NCBI GenBank assembly: GCA_964349125.1
Contig: CAYGFH010000001.1
Span: 459,502 to 523,501, forward strand
DNA from: an uncultured Gammaproteobacteria bacterium
Lineage (GTDB): Bacteria; Patescibacteriota; Microgenomatia; UBA10105; UBA927
Length of the DNA: 64,000 nucleotides
Direction of reading: 5' to 3'
The notes below the pieces were generated by a model. It did no database searches, was not told the DNA's origin, and saw only the letters and a list, made by a program, of their open reading frames with translations. This document shows, piece after piece, positions 31,226-41,139 of the stretch (the stretch's first letter is position 1; every line of letters starts with the position of its first letter). Both the position numbers and the translations under genes were made by a program.

Positions 31226-31226
31226 A

Positions 31227-31712
31227 TTATTCTTTCACACGGATAAATTTGCCATGTACATTTTTGAGTGTTATATGCAAAAATTTAAGTCTCCTCACAC
31301 ACCATTCAGCTAGCCAGCGCATGGAATTCGTTACTTCCTGATGTAAACCGACAGCAATCTGATCATCAGATAACGGTAATACAACTGTAGACGTTGTTTG
31401 CACTGGAATGTTAGCACCGGATGCTGATACCCCCAATTTCGCGATCGGAGGCGGTATTGGAATTGTCGTGGGTTGTATGCGAACGCCGGCTGACTGCACC
31501 TCCTTTGGTAATTCAAACTCTTGACCACTTGCATTAGACAACACTTCACGCTGGTCTGGCATCCCGCTTACTGGCGCCGTTTCTTTGCTCCCGTGAGAAA
31601 TCGCCCCACCGGAAGTAGGTTCATCAGATGATTTCCGCGTATTTCCCGCAACTACCGGCTGATTTGGAGATGATGAAATTGGAGGTGAAGCTATATTTGG
31701 CAGGTCATTCAT
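31227..31712 (-). CDS. Pro/Ser-rich low-complexity protein, unknown function
   Basis: 161 aa; 'PPISSSPNQP ... TIPIPPPIAK'; stop/start overlaps with both neighbours suggest operon membership. Confidence 0.45.
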   Translation of the reverse strand: MNDLPNIASPPISSSPNQPVVAGNTRKSSDEPTSGGAISHGSKETAPVSGMPDQREVLSNASGQEFELPKEVQSAGVRIQPTTIPIPPPIAKLGVSASGANIPVQTTSTVVLPLSDDQIAVGLHQEVTNSMRWLAEWCVRRLKFLHITLKNVHGKFIRVKE

Positions 31713-33811
31713 AGTTCTATCATAGCATGACTAAACGCATAAATAACACCACTAGGTACTGTGATATTTCCGGGTGTCCGTATTCCAATGGATACTGTGT
31801 TGGGATATATTTTTTTATCTTTTTTCTTTTTTGTCTTTTGCTTGTTTGTGCCTGTGGACTGCGCAAAACCCTGCTCGCGAATCATAGCCAAATGCCAGAT
31901 GATCGCAAAAAGCAACCAGGAAGAGGGTTCTTTTCGGATAATACCATCAGGTGAATCCTTTATGGATTCATACAGCGACATGGGAGATGTGGCTGTATCT
32001 GTACCGTGTTCACGTTGCCGTTGTAGTACTGATTGAATCTTTTCCAGGGATGAAAAATAGTTCATATATTTATATAGCAGCATCACGGTTACGGCAAAAG
32101 AAAATTGTCTGACATGCTGAGCTTCTGAGATAGACTCCGATGCGCGTCTTGTATCATTGATTTCTCTGTCTGTATACGCACGCGGCACTGCTGTTGGTTC
32201 AGAGTTCTGATTATGATGGATAAGATCAAGAAGTATCTCATGCAGCGATTCTATCCGTTCTTGCACATGCTTTTTTTCTGTGGTGACAATGTGCATCCGC
32301 TCTGATTGTGACGCCTGGTGCAATATTTGAAGCATATCAACTGTCAGTATCAGCGTTTCATAATCCACGGATGATGAATCATTGACACCGGATTTCTGTT
32401 GTTCCAACAGTTCATTCGTTACTTCTATTAATTCAGCTGATATTCCTTTTTCTTCTAATATATGTGTTGTTTTATCCTCCTTTATGATCACGACAGGAAC
32501 ACTACTATCTTCCGAATTTTCATTATGTGATTCCGCAGCAGTCGGTACCTGGTGTTCTATGGAGAATTCCTCCATATTTCCTGATAGCACATCCAAGGCA
32601 AAAAGCGCGCCTCCTATTGGCATGGATTCATCCGAGATACTTCGCACCAGAATTTGCTCTGCTGTTTTGGTTATTTCATACGCTTCTTGCACGTCTGTAT
32701 ATAGGAAATCTGATTGTTCTGTAGATAGCTGCAATGAATCCTTGGCGATTTGCTTCCATACTGATACCAATTCAGATTCAGAGAGATGCAGTGATTCATC
32801 CGGCTCTGTTGATAACAGGAGCAACGATTCTGTATGCTCTTGCTGCATAAGTAAAGCTTCAACAGTGGAAGGGATTACCCAATCTTCATTACTAAATTCA
32901 GGCGCGATGATGGATCTCGATTCATCATCATGTCTCTTGGAAATATACTCAAACACACCACTAATCGTTTCGACAGAACCCTCATAGATATGTTTTGCCG
33001 TGGAATCTGTCGTCTGGCTTGCCAGTTCGATGACGCCGAATACTGCCATAGCCAATCCCTGTCGCACATTTTCCTGTGCCAACATGGTTTCCAACGCTTT
33101 AGCAGCGTACTGTTCCACTTGCCTATTTCGTTCCTCAAGAAGTAATGGATATGCTGATGTTGACCGGGATAATCTATCTAAATACTCGTTTTGTGATGAA
33201 TCACCCGATAAACTATTTTTTGCTTCCTCGAAAATCTGATTGACACCAACTTCCTTTGTGAAAAAAAGGGCCTGATTTTGGTCAGCACTCTTAGATATAT
33301 CTGCCCCACCTTGCAATCCAAGTCCGGTAAAGAATCTCTGTAACTGAGCATCTGTACCTTTGAATTCAACCGCTAACGCCTTAATCGTATTATTTTCTCC
33401 TCTTGAATATAAGTAGACAAAACTTCTTCCATATCCTAAATCAGGACTTATTGTTGCAGCCATTTTTACATCTGGATTGCTCATGAGCCCGGACTCTGCA
33501 TGGAGCGTTCTTCCAATTCTGTCGCCGCCAATATCATTGGGATCATTGAGTTCTTCAACTGTTTTTCCACCACCATCAACCCATCGTCCTGCTTCGTTTA
33601 TATTATAATCAAATGGAATTAACGGTTGATGCAAAATAAATTCGTGCTGCCAACCGACTGCATCCTTCGCAAGCGCTTTGGACGCTGCATCCATCGATGC
33701 TCCCTGCTGGAGAATACCACTTAAGTAATCTTGTGACTTATCATCATTCCATTCGTGACTCATAATGACCAAAAAAAACTTCTCAGGTACTCGAGAAGTG
33801 TATATAAACAT
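31709..33811 (-). CDS. large hypothetical protein (700 aa), no recognisable domain; Lys-rich C-terminal tail
   Basis: Long ORF with coding-like composition, co-directional and overlapping (ATGA) with the downstream gene; acidic/Ser-rich middle, 'KQKTKKKKDKK' near the C-terminus. Confidence 0.6.
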   Translation of the reverse strand: MFIYTSRVPEKFFLVIMSHEWNDDKSQDYLSGILQQGASMDAASKALAKDAVGWQHEFILHQPLIPFDYNINEAGRWVDGGGKTVEELNDPNDIGGDRIGRTLHAESGLMSNPDVKMAATISPDLGYGRSFVYLYSRGENNTIKALAVEFKGTDAQLQRFFTGLGLQGGADISKSADQNQALFFTKEVGVNQIFEEAKNSLSGDSSQNEYLDRLSRSTSAYPLLLEERNRQVEQYAAKALETMLAQENVRQGLAMAVFGVIELASQTTDSTAKHIYEGSVETISGVFEYISKRHDDESRSIIAPEFSNEDWVIPSTVEALLMQQEHTESLLLLSTEPDESLHLSESELVSVWKQIAKDSLQLSTEQSDFLYTDVQEAYEITKTAEQILVRSISDESMPIGGALFALDVLSGNMEEFSIEHQVPTAAESHNENSEDSSVPVVIIKEDKTTHILEEKGISAELIEVTNELLEQQKSGVNDSSSVDYETLILTVDMLQILHQASQSERMHIVTTEKKHVQERIESLHEILLDLIHHNQNSEPTAVPRAYTDREINDTRRASESISEAQHVRQFSFAVTVMLLYKYMNYFSSLEKIQSVLQRQREHGTDTATSPMSLYESIKDSPDGIIRKEPSSWLLFAIIWHLAMIREQGFAQSTGTNKQKTKKKKDKKIYPNTVSIGIRTPGNITVPSGVIYAFSHAMIEL

Positions 33812-33918
33812 CTCCTTATACCCGAAGGATTGTACGAACTCATCAAAAGACTGCGATCTGGCTTTAACAGTTGCGGTACAGCTCCCGAGTTACACGGAAT
33901 TCGGATCTTTTGATCGTA

Positions 33919-34506
33919 TTATTTTTTAGATTGCTTCGAAATCCCCGACCATAACAGTTCGAACACTGAAGCGTCCTTATTTATATAGCGTGCGAGCACA
34001 AAAAGCAAATCGGATAATCTGTTTACATACTGGATTACTGTGTTCCATTCCAGCGCTGTCAAATGATCCCAAGGCGCATCAGCTTTGCTATGTGTCTCAC
34101 GCAATTTCACTATCTGGCGTTCTACTCTTCTTGCGATTGCACGGGCAAGGTGGACAAATGAAGCTGGCTCTGTGCCCCCTGGTAATATAAAATGAGTCAG
34201 CTGGGGAAGTGTTTTTTCCATTGCATCAATGCGCACTTCCATATCTTCCGAGCATACTGTCAGGTTCTGTGCTCCCCCTTTTTTCCATCCCGCAAACATG
34301 CTACCGATCACAAATAAATCCGCCTGTATGTCCTGTAAAAAACACTTGGTATCTTCATCTGTTATCTGCGTGGCGGCAAGCCCAATCCAACTGTTCAATT
34401 CATCTATGGATCCGTACACATCAACCAGTTCTTCACATTTCAACACACGCGTGCCGCCAAAGAGTGCTGTTGTTCCATCATCACCGGTCCGAGTATATAT
34501 TGGCAT
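33919..34506 (-). CDS. PduO-type ATP:cob(I)alamin adenosyltransferase (MMAB family)
   Basis: 'MPIYTRTGDDGTTALFGGTRVLKCEELVDVYGSIDELNSWIG' is the PduO/MMAB N-terminal signature; start set at this Met. Confidence 0.85.
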   Translation of the reverse strand: MPIYTRTGDDGTTALFGGTRVLKCEELVDVYGSIDELNSWIGLAATQITDEDTKCFLQDIQADLFVIGSMFAGWKKGGAQNLTVCSEDMEVRIDAMEKTLPQLTHFILPGGTEPASFVHLARAIARRVERQIVKLRETHSKADAPWDHLTALEWNTVIQYVNRLSDLLFVLARYINKDASVFELLWSGISKQSKK

Positions 34507-34584
34507 ATGTTTAATTCTCAAATCACAAATCCCAAATTCCAATCAAATTGATTGGTCATTGAGATTTGAATTTTATGACGTATA

Positions 34585-36981
34585 TTAGCACTCTGAGTAT
34601 CCGCAGCTATAACATTTTTTGCACCCCTCTTCGAATACCAAACTTGCTTCACCACATCCGGGGCAAAGATCAACGGTTACCATGCGTTGCTTCTTTATAA
34701 TCGGCATCTGTGGAACGTCAACAGTCGCCACCGCTGCGTGAGTAGTCACCTGAGAGACTTTACTGTCCGCATGGACGGTTTCGTCTGCTGCAACCGCGTT
34801 TTCCAAGCGGTGTTTCGCAAAGAATCCGAAATGTCTGTCTATCACTTTTGCGACCGCATCAGGCAAGCTCCGCACGCGATTTTCACCAAATCCCATTGAT
34901 CTGGCGCCTCCAATACCGACTAATTCCGCCGCGACTTTTCGTGCCCGATCCAAAGCGGAAACCGGAGATGAAAGTCGGAAGATAAGCGATGTCAATCTGC
35001 CAACTGCTTCAGCCATTGCAGTTACATCACTTCCCGCTTTACCGACGTTTACAAACATTTCCAGGGGTTGGTTTCCACCGTTTGTATTGATGGTCACATA
35101 GGCCTGACCAAGCGGAGTTTCCACCTGATATGTGGATCCATGAACCACCATAGGACGTGGCTTTACTTCAGGCATAACCTGTTCAACTGGCTTTTTCACT
35201 TCTTCTGCTTTTGGTTCTTCCTTGCGGGTCAATACTCCTGCTCTGCTTCCCTCTCGCATATAGGCGATTCCCTTGCATCCCTGCTCGTATGCAAGCGTGT
35301 ATAAGCGCTTTACATCCTCAACAGTATGAGTTGCGGGAGCATTTACAGTCTTACTGATGGATGCATCCACATACTTTTGAATAGTAGCCTGTACATAGAC
35401 ATGATCCTCAGGAGTCAGGTCATTTGCCGATACAAAATACTCTGGTCGTTCTTCTTTTGTCGGTTCTCTACCATTTGTTTTTTTAAATTCATCAAACCAG
35501 GCATCATACAACGGATGCCGCAGGATATGTTCACCGAGCCTGTCACGTCGTATGAACTCAAATTCATATACGGGTTCTATGCCGCTGGATACACCGGACA
35601 ACAATGATGTGGATCCAGTCGGCGCCTGTTGCAGCAACATGCTGTTTCGGATACCGTGTTTCTTCAATTTCTTTTTGACTGAATCCGGCAATTGGCTTAC
35701 GAAATATCCATCCAAATGCTTTTTGATATCAATCTTCGGAAACGCCCCTTTTTCTTCCGCTATATCGACTGATGCATCATATGCTGCATCGCGTATGGTT
35801 TTATAGATCCGGTCAATTACTGGCAGACTCTCGGGAGATCCGTATCGTATTTTCATTTTGATTAGCGCATCCCCGAGGCCCATGGTTCCCAATCCAATTC
35901 GGCGTTCGCCCTGTTGCTGTACTTTTCTGATTTCCTCAAATACATAGAAATCCGCGTCGATGACATTGTCTTGGAATCTCACGCCGATTCTGGCAATTTC
36001 TGCGAGACGCTCAAAATCCATCTCTCCGTTTTCGTTCACAAGCGCGGCTAAATTAATAGAGCACAAATTGCACACTCCCCAGCTTGGTAACCCCTCTTCT
36101 CCACAAGGATTTACACAGTTTACATATTCATAATAGTAATTGTTAAACCACTTGTTGTACCGTTCCATAAATACCACTCCCGGTTCTGCACTTCTCCATG
36201 CTGCGGTAGCAACCAGATCCCACAGAACACGTGCTTTTATGGTTTTATATACAATGGGTTTTTTCCCAAGAGCCAACCAATTTGGCATATATCCGTCCCA
36301 CTTTTCGTCATAATCAGGATCATCCTTATCAGGAAATACCAAATCCCAATCTGCATCATTTTTTACGGCTTCCATAAATGTGTCAGACACGCAGACAGAG
36401 AGATTTGCTCCGTTTATTCTTGCAAGATCCTGTTTAACGGTAATGAATTCTTCGATATCCGGATGCCAGTCCCAGAGCATCAACATGAGCGCCCCTCGCC
36501 TGCTTCCTCCCTGTTGGATAATATCTTTTGTCGCGACACTGAAGAGTTCGGCCCAGTTACACGGACCCGAAGAAAATCCGTTCACTTTTGTTACTCTCGC
36601 ACCTCGAGGTCTGAGACTTGAAAGGTTTATCCCCACTCCGCCTCCGCGGGACATGATCTCTATCATTTGGGTGAGAGTTTTTAAAATTCCCTGGCGTGAA
36701 TCATGAGGGCTCGGAAGCACAAAACAATTGTAGAATGTCACCTTGTATCCGGTTCCGGCACCCGACAATATACGCCCGCCGGGAACCAATACGAAATCCT
36801 GCATGGCACCGTAGAATTTATCTTCCCAGTGCGCACGTTTATTCTTTGGCTCAATGAGAGAAACAGCGTGAGCAATCCGTCGCCACATTTCTTCAGGAGT
36901 TTTTTCCACAGCGGTTCCCTGTTCATCCTTCAATGCGTATCTATCTAAAAAAACTGTGTTACGGATTCCTGTAAGTTGCAT
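34585..36981 (-). CDS. nrdJ: class II (adenosylcobalamin-dependent) ribonucleoside-triphosphate/diphosphate reductase
   Basis: 798 aa monomeric RNR with class II signatures, catalytic Cys residues, C-terminal Zn-ribbon 'CPGCGEASLVFEEGCKKCYSCGY'; adjacent to nrdR and a B12 adenosyltransferase. Confidence 0.9.
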   Translation of the reverse strand: MQLTGIRNTVFLDRYALKDEQGTAVEKTPEEMWRRIAHAVSLIEPKNKRAHWEDKFYGAMQDFVLVPGGRILSGAGTGYKVTFYNCFVLPSPHDSRQGILKTLTQMIEIMSRGGGVGINLSSLRPRGARVTKVNGFSSGPCNWAELFSVATKDIIQQGGSRRGALMLMLWDWHPDIEEFITVKQDLARINGANLSVCVSDTFMEAVKNDADWDLVFPDKDDPDYDEKWDGYMPNWLALGKKPIVYKTIKARVLWDLVATAAWRSAEPGVVFMERYNKWFNNYYYEYVNCVNPCGEEGLPSWGVCNLCSINLAALVNENGEMDFERLAEIARIGVRFQDNVIDADFYVFEEIRKVQQQGERRIGLGTMGLGDALIKMKIRYGSPESLPVIDRIYKTIRDAAYDASVDIAEEKGAFPKIDIKKHLDGYFVSQLPDSVKKKLKKHGIRNSMLLQQAPTGSTSLLSGVSSGIEPVYEFEFIRRDRLGEHILRHPLYDAWFDEFKKTNGREPTKEERPEYFVSANDLTPEDHVYVQATIQKYVDASISKTVNAPATHTVEDVKRLYTLAYEQGCKGIAYMREGSRAGVLTRKEEPKAEEVKKPVEQVMPEVKPRPMVVHGSTYQVETPLGQAYVTINTNGGNQPLEMFVNVGKAGSDVTAMAEAVGRLTSLIFRLSSPVSALDRARKVAAELVGIGGARSMGFGENRVRSLPDAVAKVIDRHFGFFAKHRLENAVAADETVHADSKVSQVTTHAAVATVDVPQMPIIKKQRMVTVDLCPGCGEASLVFEEGCKKCYSCGYSEC

Positions 36982-37114
36982 ACTGTTCCTTTTTTTAAAT
37001 GGTTTATATATACCTGATAATTTCAGCCGATCATATCGTATAGCCGGAAACTGACCTACTCAGGTTATTTCACAATACGGGTTGGGTAGTCTAATTTTTC
37101 CGTATTGCTCACTC

Positions 37115-37561
37115 TTACAAAAGCTTTTTTACTTCCCGTTCAAAATCTTCAATATCAACGAATTGTCTAAATACGCTGGCAAACCGTATATATGCAATCT
37201 TATCTATTTTTTTAAGTCGCTTTCCTACGAGTTCGCCAATTTTTTTACTCATTACCTCTGTACTCTCGCCTCCTATTAATTCTCTTTCAACCTCATCCAC
37301 AATTCTGTCTATATCTTTTGCGGTTACCGTAGTCTTTCCGCTTGCCCTCCAAATCCCACGTCGTAATTTCTCCCTGTCAAATGTTTCTCTTCTGTCATCT
37401 TTTTTCACTACTGTAATTGGAACATTTTCAACTCGCTCATATGTAGTAAACCGTTTCTCACATTTTGTGCAATTTCTTCTGCGCCGCGTGACAGATAAAT
37501 CTTCGTTATCTCTCGTCTCAAGCACATCAGTATTTTCAAAATTACAATATGGACATTTCAT
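37115..37561 (-). CDS. nrdR: transcriptional repressor NrdR
   Basis: 'MKCPYCNFENTDVLETR ... CTKCEKRFTTYE' Zn-ribbon followed by ATP-cone domain; start set at the MKCPYC Met. Confidence 0.92.
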   Translation of the reverse strand: MKCPYCNFENTDVLETRDNEDLSVTRRRRNCTKCEKRFTTYERVENVPITVVKKDDRRETFDREKLRRGIWRASGKTTVTAKDIDRIVDEVERELIGGESTEVMSKKIGELVGKRLKKIDKIAYIRFASVFRQFVDIEDFEREVKKLL

Positions 37562-37822
37562 GAAATCTTTGGTCGCCAGCATTTCATGTGTGAAATACTA
37601 AACGCTACCTATGGTGCCAAAACAAATACTAAGACACTAAATAGAGAGCGTCAACTAGAAACTTCTATATCAAATGTGAACAGGCAGAAATTCTAGCCTC
37701 AATAGATAAAGCTTGAGGAAAATCTACGGTAATATAGTAGCATCCTCAGGAGCAGTGTGTAGTGTTAGTACTCGAATTTTGAGAATTGATAGCCAGTTTT
37801 CTGACAAACACCTAAGTGCTAT

Positions 37823-38407
37823 TTATTTCAGACTATCTATATCAGCTTTGATTGTAGATAATTTTCCCAAACTCGATGCAAAAAACTGAGCATCTGACTT
37901 CTCAGATTTTTCCTCAAGCGATCGTTGTATATCTGCCTGCTTACGAATAGAATGCGTCAATTTTTCAACTAAAAATCCGGGAATCTCTTTCCCCTGTTTT
38001 TTTATCTCTTTTGCTTGAGAAATTGCCTTTTGTTTAAATCCAATCGCCCGATCTATAGATTGTGTTATATACGTGTTCTTATTTTTCATACGCAAAAAAT
38101 CGGCTGCACTGATCTCTTTATCACTTTGCAAAATATAAAATTCCACTTTTCTGACAGAATCAGAGATAAGCATTTCTAATATGGAATCCCGAAATTTTTT
38201 GAATATATATAACGGATGATCTGGTAGGATACCAGGATATGGCAACATATACTCATCACTCCCATTGGTAGTCAGATCGCTACTGGTAGATGCAACAGAC
38301 ACGGGAAGAGGAACAGGGTCAGATGTTATATCCGTTTCAGCAAAAGTCATGCGGGGAGCAATTAACACAAAACAAACAGCAAAAAATATTCTAATGATTT
38401 TTTCCAT
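37823..38407 (-). CDS. secreted hypothetical protein
   Basis: 194 aa, signal peptide 'IIRIFFAVCFVLIAPRMTFA', charged/coiled C-terminal region. Confidence 0.5.
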   Translation of the reverse strand: MEKIIRIFFAVCFVLIAPRMTFAETDITSDPVPLPVSVASTSSDLTTNGSDEYMLPYPGILPDHPLYIFKKFRDSILEMLISDSVRKVEFYILQSDKEISAADFLRMKNKNTYITQSIDRAIGFKQKAISQAKEIKKQGKEIPGFLVEKLTHSIRKQADIQRSLEEKSEKSDAQFFASSLGKLSTIKADIDSLK

Positions 38408-38464
38408 ACCTGCATCCTTTCCTACGTTGGGTAAGTATAGCGTACTTTTTGAAAAGTTACCATG

Positions 38465-39010
38465 CTATTCCAGATATGATCTGATTAAACGTGGATCCAA
38501 CTGAATATATGAAAATATTTCAGTTTCCAGTTTTTTTACCATCGGATAACATAAGTTCATTTTTTCTATGCTTTCTCTCGGCAACTGTTCATTTTTCCAC
38601 AAAGCAAAGCGCTCATCTACTGTGATTATTTCGTATTTAACCATCTTATCTGATAAATAGAGTACTTTTTCTTCCCATTTTTTGGGCATAATTCCCGCAT
38701 CCAAAATAGCATATAGTGAGTGGGTTTTTACAATATTTGCTACTTCATTCAATCCCTCTTGTCGCAGGATTCTAACGGCTGCATCGGGATGTGTTTCGTT
38801 CGGGAGAAACTGCACATTACTATCTATATCATGAAGCAGAGCTGCTGTCCGAAGCATAGAAAGATCGATGTGAATATCCGAGAAAGAAGCACTGAGCCTG
38901 CACGCTAAAAAATCTGCCACCTTTGCGACTAACGTGACATGCACACGTTTTTTTGATGAAAGTGCATATTTTTCCCAAAGCATATATACGATTCGATCTG
39001 TGGATTGCAT
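38465..39010 (-). CDS. HD-domain metal-dependent phosphohydrolase
   Basis: 181 aa; His ... 'LLHDID' HD motif, downstream conserved His/Asp. Confidence 0.7.
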   Translation of the reverse strand: MQSTDRIVYMLWEKYALSSKKRVHVTLVAKVADFLACRLSASFSDIHIDLSMLRTAALLHDIDSNVQFLPNETHPDAAVRILRQEGLNEVANIVKTHSLYAILDAGIMPKKWEEKVLYLSDKMVKYEIITVDERFALWKNEQLPRESIEKMNLCYPMVKKLETEIFSYIQLDPRLIRSYLE

Positions 39011-39051
39011 AGTGTATTGTTATGTAATATAAAATACGTTACTATAACCGT

Positions 39052-39882
39052 ATGTTACCTTCTCTTCTTATCACATTTCGCGAGGTTCTGGAAGCGTCAC
39101 TCATAGTGGCGACAATTCTCGGAATTTTATCGAAAATTGGACAAAAAAAAGAGATAGCCATTGTATGGTCAGCAACTGTGCTCGCAGGCCTGGTGAGTGT
39201 CGGTATAATTATAGTTTCTAGTATTTTTGGATTCAATCTAGCCAACACGTATAAGGGTAGTATTGAAGAGACAATTGAAGGATCGCTTATGATTCTTTCA
39301 GCAATATTTATAACTTGGGCTGTGTTTTTTCTTCATACCCACTTTGGCAAGCATAAAACCCGATACCTTTCCACCTTGAAAGACACAATCGAAAAGGAGG
39401 AAAAACGAGGACTGTTTATTCTCGTATTTACCGCCGTGTTTCGTGAGGGATTCGAAATTATACTTTTTTTATCAACATTATATTTTTCGTCAAACCCTTC
39501 AGAAATTTTAGGGGGATTCTCTATCGGGTTTGTACTGGCGATAGGGTTATCTTTAGGATTATTCAGTGCTACTGTACGAATGCCTGTGTATTGGGCATTT
39601 CGAACAACAAGCATAATGCTAATTTTATTTGCTGGAGGACTACTCGCACGTGGAGTCCACGAATTCTCCGAAGTGGGTGTGATTCCTGAATTTTCAAAAA
39701 TTACGATATGGCTACTCCCCCAACAACCGACAATAGCCACTGATATTATCAAAAGCATTTTTGGCATTACCAGGACGATGGATATGCTTCAAATTGCCAG
39801 CTATTTGCTTTATACTTCCGTGATGATTTGGTGGGTATTTTTTAGGAAAACTAGCCAAGAAGACACAATTCAAAACAAATAA
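39052..39882 (+). CDS. FTR1/EfeU-family high-affinity iron permease
   Basis: Two RExxE motifs in TM helices ('REVLEASL' and 'REGFEIIL'), 6-7 TM helices. Confidence 0.8.
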   Translation: MLPSLLITFREVLEASLIVATILGILSKIGQKKEIAIVWSATVLAGLVSVGIIIVSSIFGFNLANTYKGSIEETIEGSLMILSAIFITWAVFFLHTHFGKHKTRYLSTLKDTIEKEEKRGLFILVFTAVFREGFEIILFLSTLYFSSNPSEILGGFSIGFVLAIGLSLGLFSATVRMPVYWAFRTTSIMLILFAGGLLARGVHEFSEVGVIPEFSKITIWLLPQQPTIATDIIKSIFGITRTMDMLQIASYLLYTSVMIWWVFFRKTSQEDTIQNK

Positions 39883-39887
39883 CCTTC

Positions 39888-40475
39888 CTATTTTTCGCTG
39901 CACAGAATCCCAATGACCATATCCAACGTTTCCTTTGGTCCTGTGGAGTATGTGTTTACCACGAGATCATAATATTTCGGATCCCAAAAATCAGTAACAC
40001 CATACATTCTTTCCCATTTGGTAAAGTTCGCAGTTTGTCTTGCATGAATGTGTGCTTTTGCTTCATCAACCGATAAATTATCCCTATTTACCAACCTGTC
40101 GATGCGAAGTGAGTCATCACACTGGAGAAGCACTTTAAAGACATGCGGAAGCCCGCGCATATTCCAACCTGCTATCCAGGATTCTATGGCATAATGTGCG
40201 TTTTTGTCGGATAGCTTCTCCCTCATTTTTGCATCGATCTCATGATCGATATCATCGCTATAATCCGTTGCCATATGATGGGTTTTGTCTTTCGCATCGT
40301 GCTTGCCGTTTTCGATTGCAAAGGATCTCGCCCATTCCCCACCTGAAAATGTTTTCCATCCCCACGACGTCACAATAGGCTGCAGATTTCGAAGGAGTGT
40401 CGATCTCCCGGCTCCTGGGGGGCCGGATATGGCAATGCTACTGTACAGTGTTGGCTGTTGTATGAGGGTATCCAT
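39888..40475 (-). CDS. P-loop kinase-like protein (cytidylate-kinase-like/AAA_18 family)
   Basis: Walker A 'GPPGAGRSTL' near N-terminus, 195 aa. Confidence 0.55.
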   Translation of the reverse strand: MDTLIQQPTLYSSIAISGPPGAGRSTLLRNLQPIVTSWGWKTFSGGEWARSFAIENGKHDAKDKTHHMATDYSDDIDHEIDAKMREKLSDKNAHYAIESWIAGWNMRGLPHVFKVLLQCDDSLRIDRLVNRDNLSVDEAKAHIHARQTANFTKWERMYGVTDFWDPKYYDLVVNTYSTGPKETLDMVIGILCSEK

Positions 40476-40560
40476 GTTCCTATTATATTGATCGATTCAG
40501 GATTGCACAAGTAAACATTGACTCATTGACATGTAATCGGATCGAATTTAATAATACGGT

Positions 40561-41139
40561 ATGGCAATTGACTACCTTCCGGTCTCATGGGAGAAGTATC
40601 ACACACTGACGCGATCACTTGCTTCGCATGTATTGGACGACCAACTCCATATTGATGAAATAGTTGCCATATCCCGAGGTGGCCTGACCCTGGGACATCT
40701 TCTCACTGACCTCCTACGCGTACCTATCTCTACGTTCACAATCCAAAGTTACACCAATATTCAGGAACAGGGTGCAGTAAAAATCACCAAACCGCTGACT
40801 GTTCCGCTGGATGGGAAAACTATTTTGTTGGTCGACGATGTTGCAGATCGAGGTACAACTATGGTGAGGGCGATTGAGTACCTCAATATGTTTACACCAA
40901 AAAAGATCTATTCACTGACGCTGTATTATAAACCGCATTCAGTGTACAAGCCTGATTATTTTTCCCAATCAACATCCGCGTGGATTTTATTTCCCTACGA
41001 ACCGACGGAAATGATAGCAAACATCATGGGGAGTATGAAAAAAGAAAACAAATCGGATGAAGAGATCCAACAATTTCTGCAAAGCCTTCAGTACAACACA
41101 GATCAGATAGAATTTGTAAAAAAGTTCTATAGTAAATAA
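40561..41139 (+). CDS. purine phosphoribosyltransferase (hypoxanthine-guanine PRTase-like)
   Basis: Type I PRTase PRPP-binding motif 'ILLVDDVADRGTTM', 'ISRGG' loop, ~190 aa. Confidence 0.75.
   Translation: MAIDYLPVSWEKYHTLTRSLASHVLDDQLHIDEIVAISRGGLTLGHLLTDLLRVPISTFTIQSYTNIQEQGAVKITKPLTVPLDGKTILLVDDVADRGTTMVRAIEYLNMFTPKKIYSLTLYYKPHSVYKPDYFSQSTSAWILFPYEPTEMIANIMGSMKKENKSDEEIQQFLQSLQYNTDQIEFVKKFYSK

Noticed and set aside
31795-31830. T-rich low-complexity stretch that looks like a simple repeat
   Set aside because: It lies inside the 700-aa CDS and encodes a Lys-rich tail ('KQKTKKKKDKK') on the minus strand; it is a coding feature, not a repeat element.
27247-33811. Considered that the VirB4-like operon plus ATP-grasp gene is an integrative element inserted at the tRNA
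   Set aside because: The genes lie on the 5' side of the tRNA rather than its 3' end. No integrase, recombinase or relaxase is present, and no repeat of the tRNA 3' end was spotted.
36982-37114. Canonical NrdR boxes upstream of nrdJ
   Set aside because: There is only an AT-rich partial palindrome, 'GGTTTATATATACC'; no pair of 16-bp boxes with conserved ACAC/GTGT flanks could be recognised by eye.
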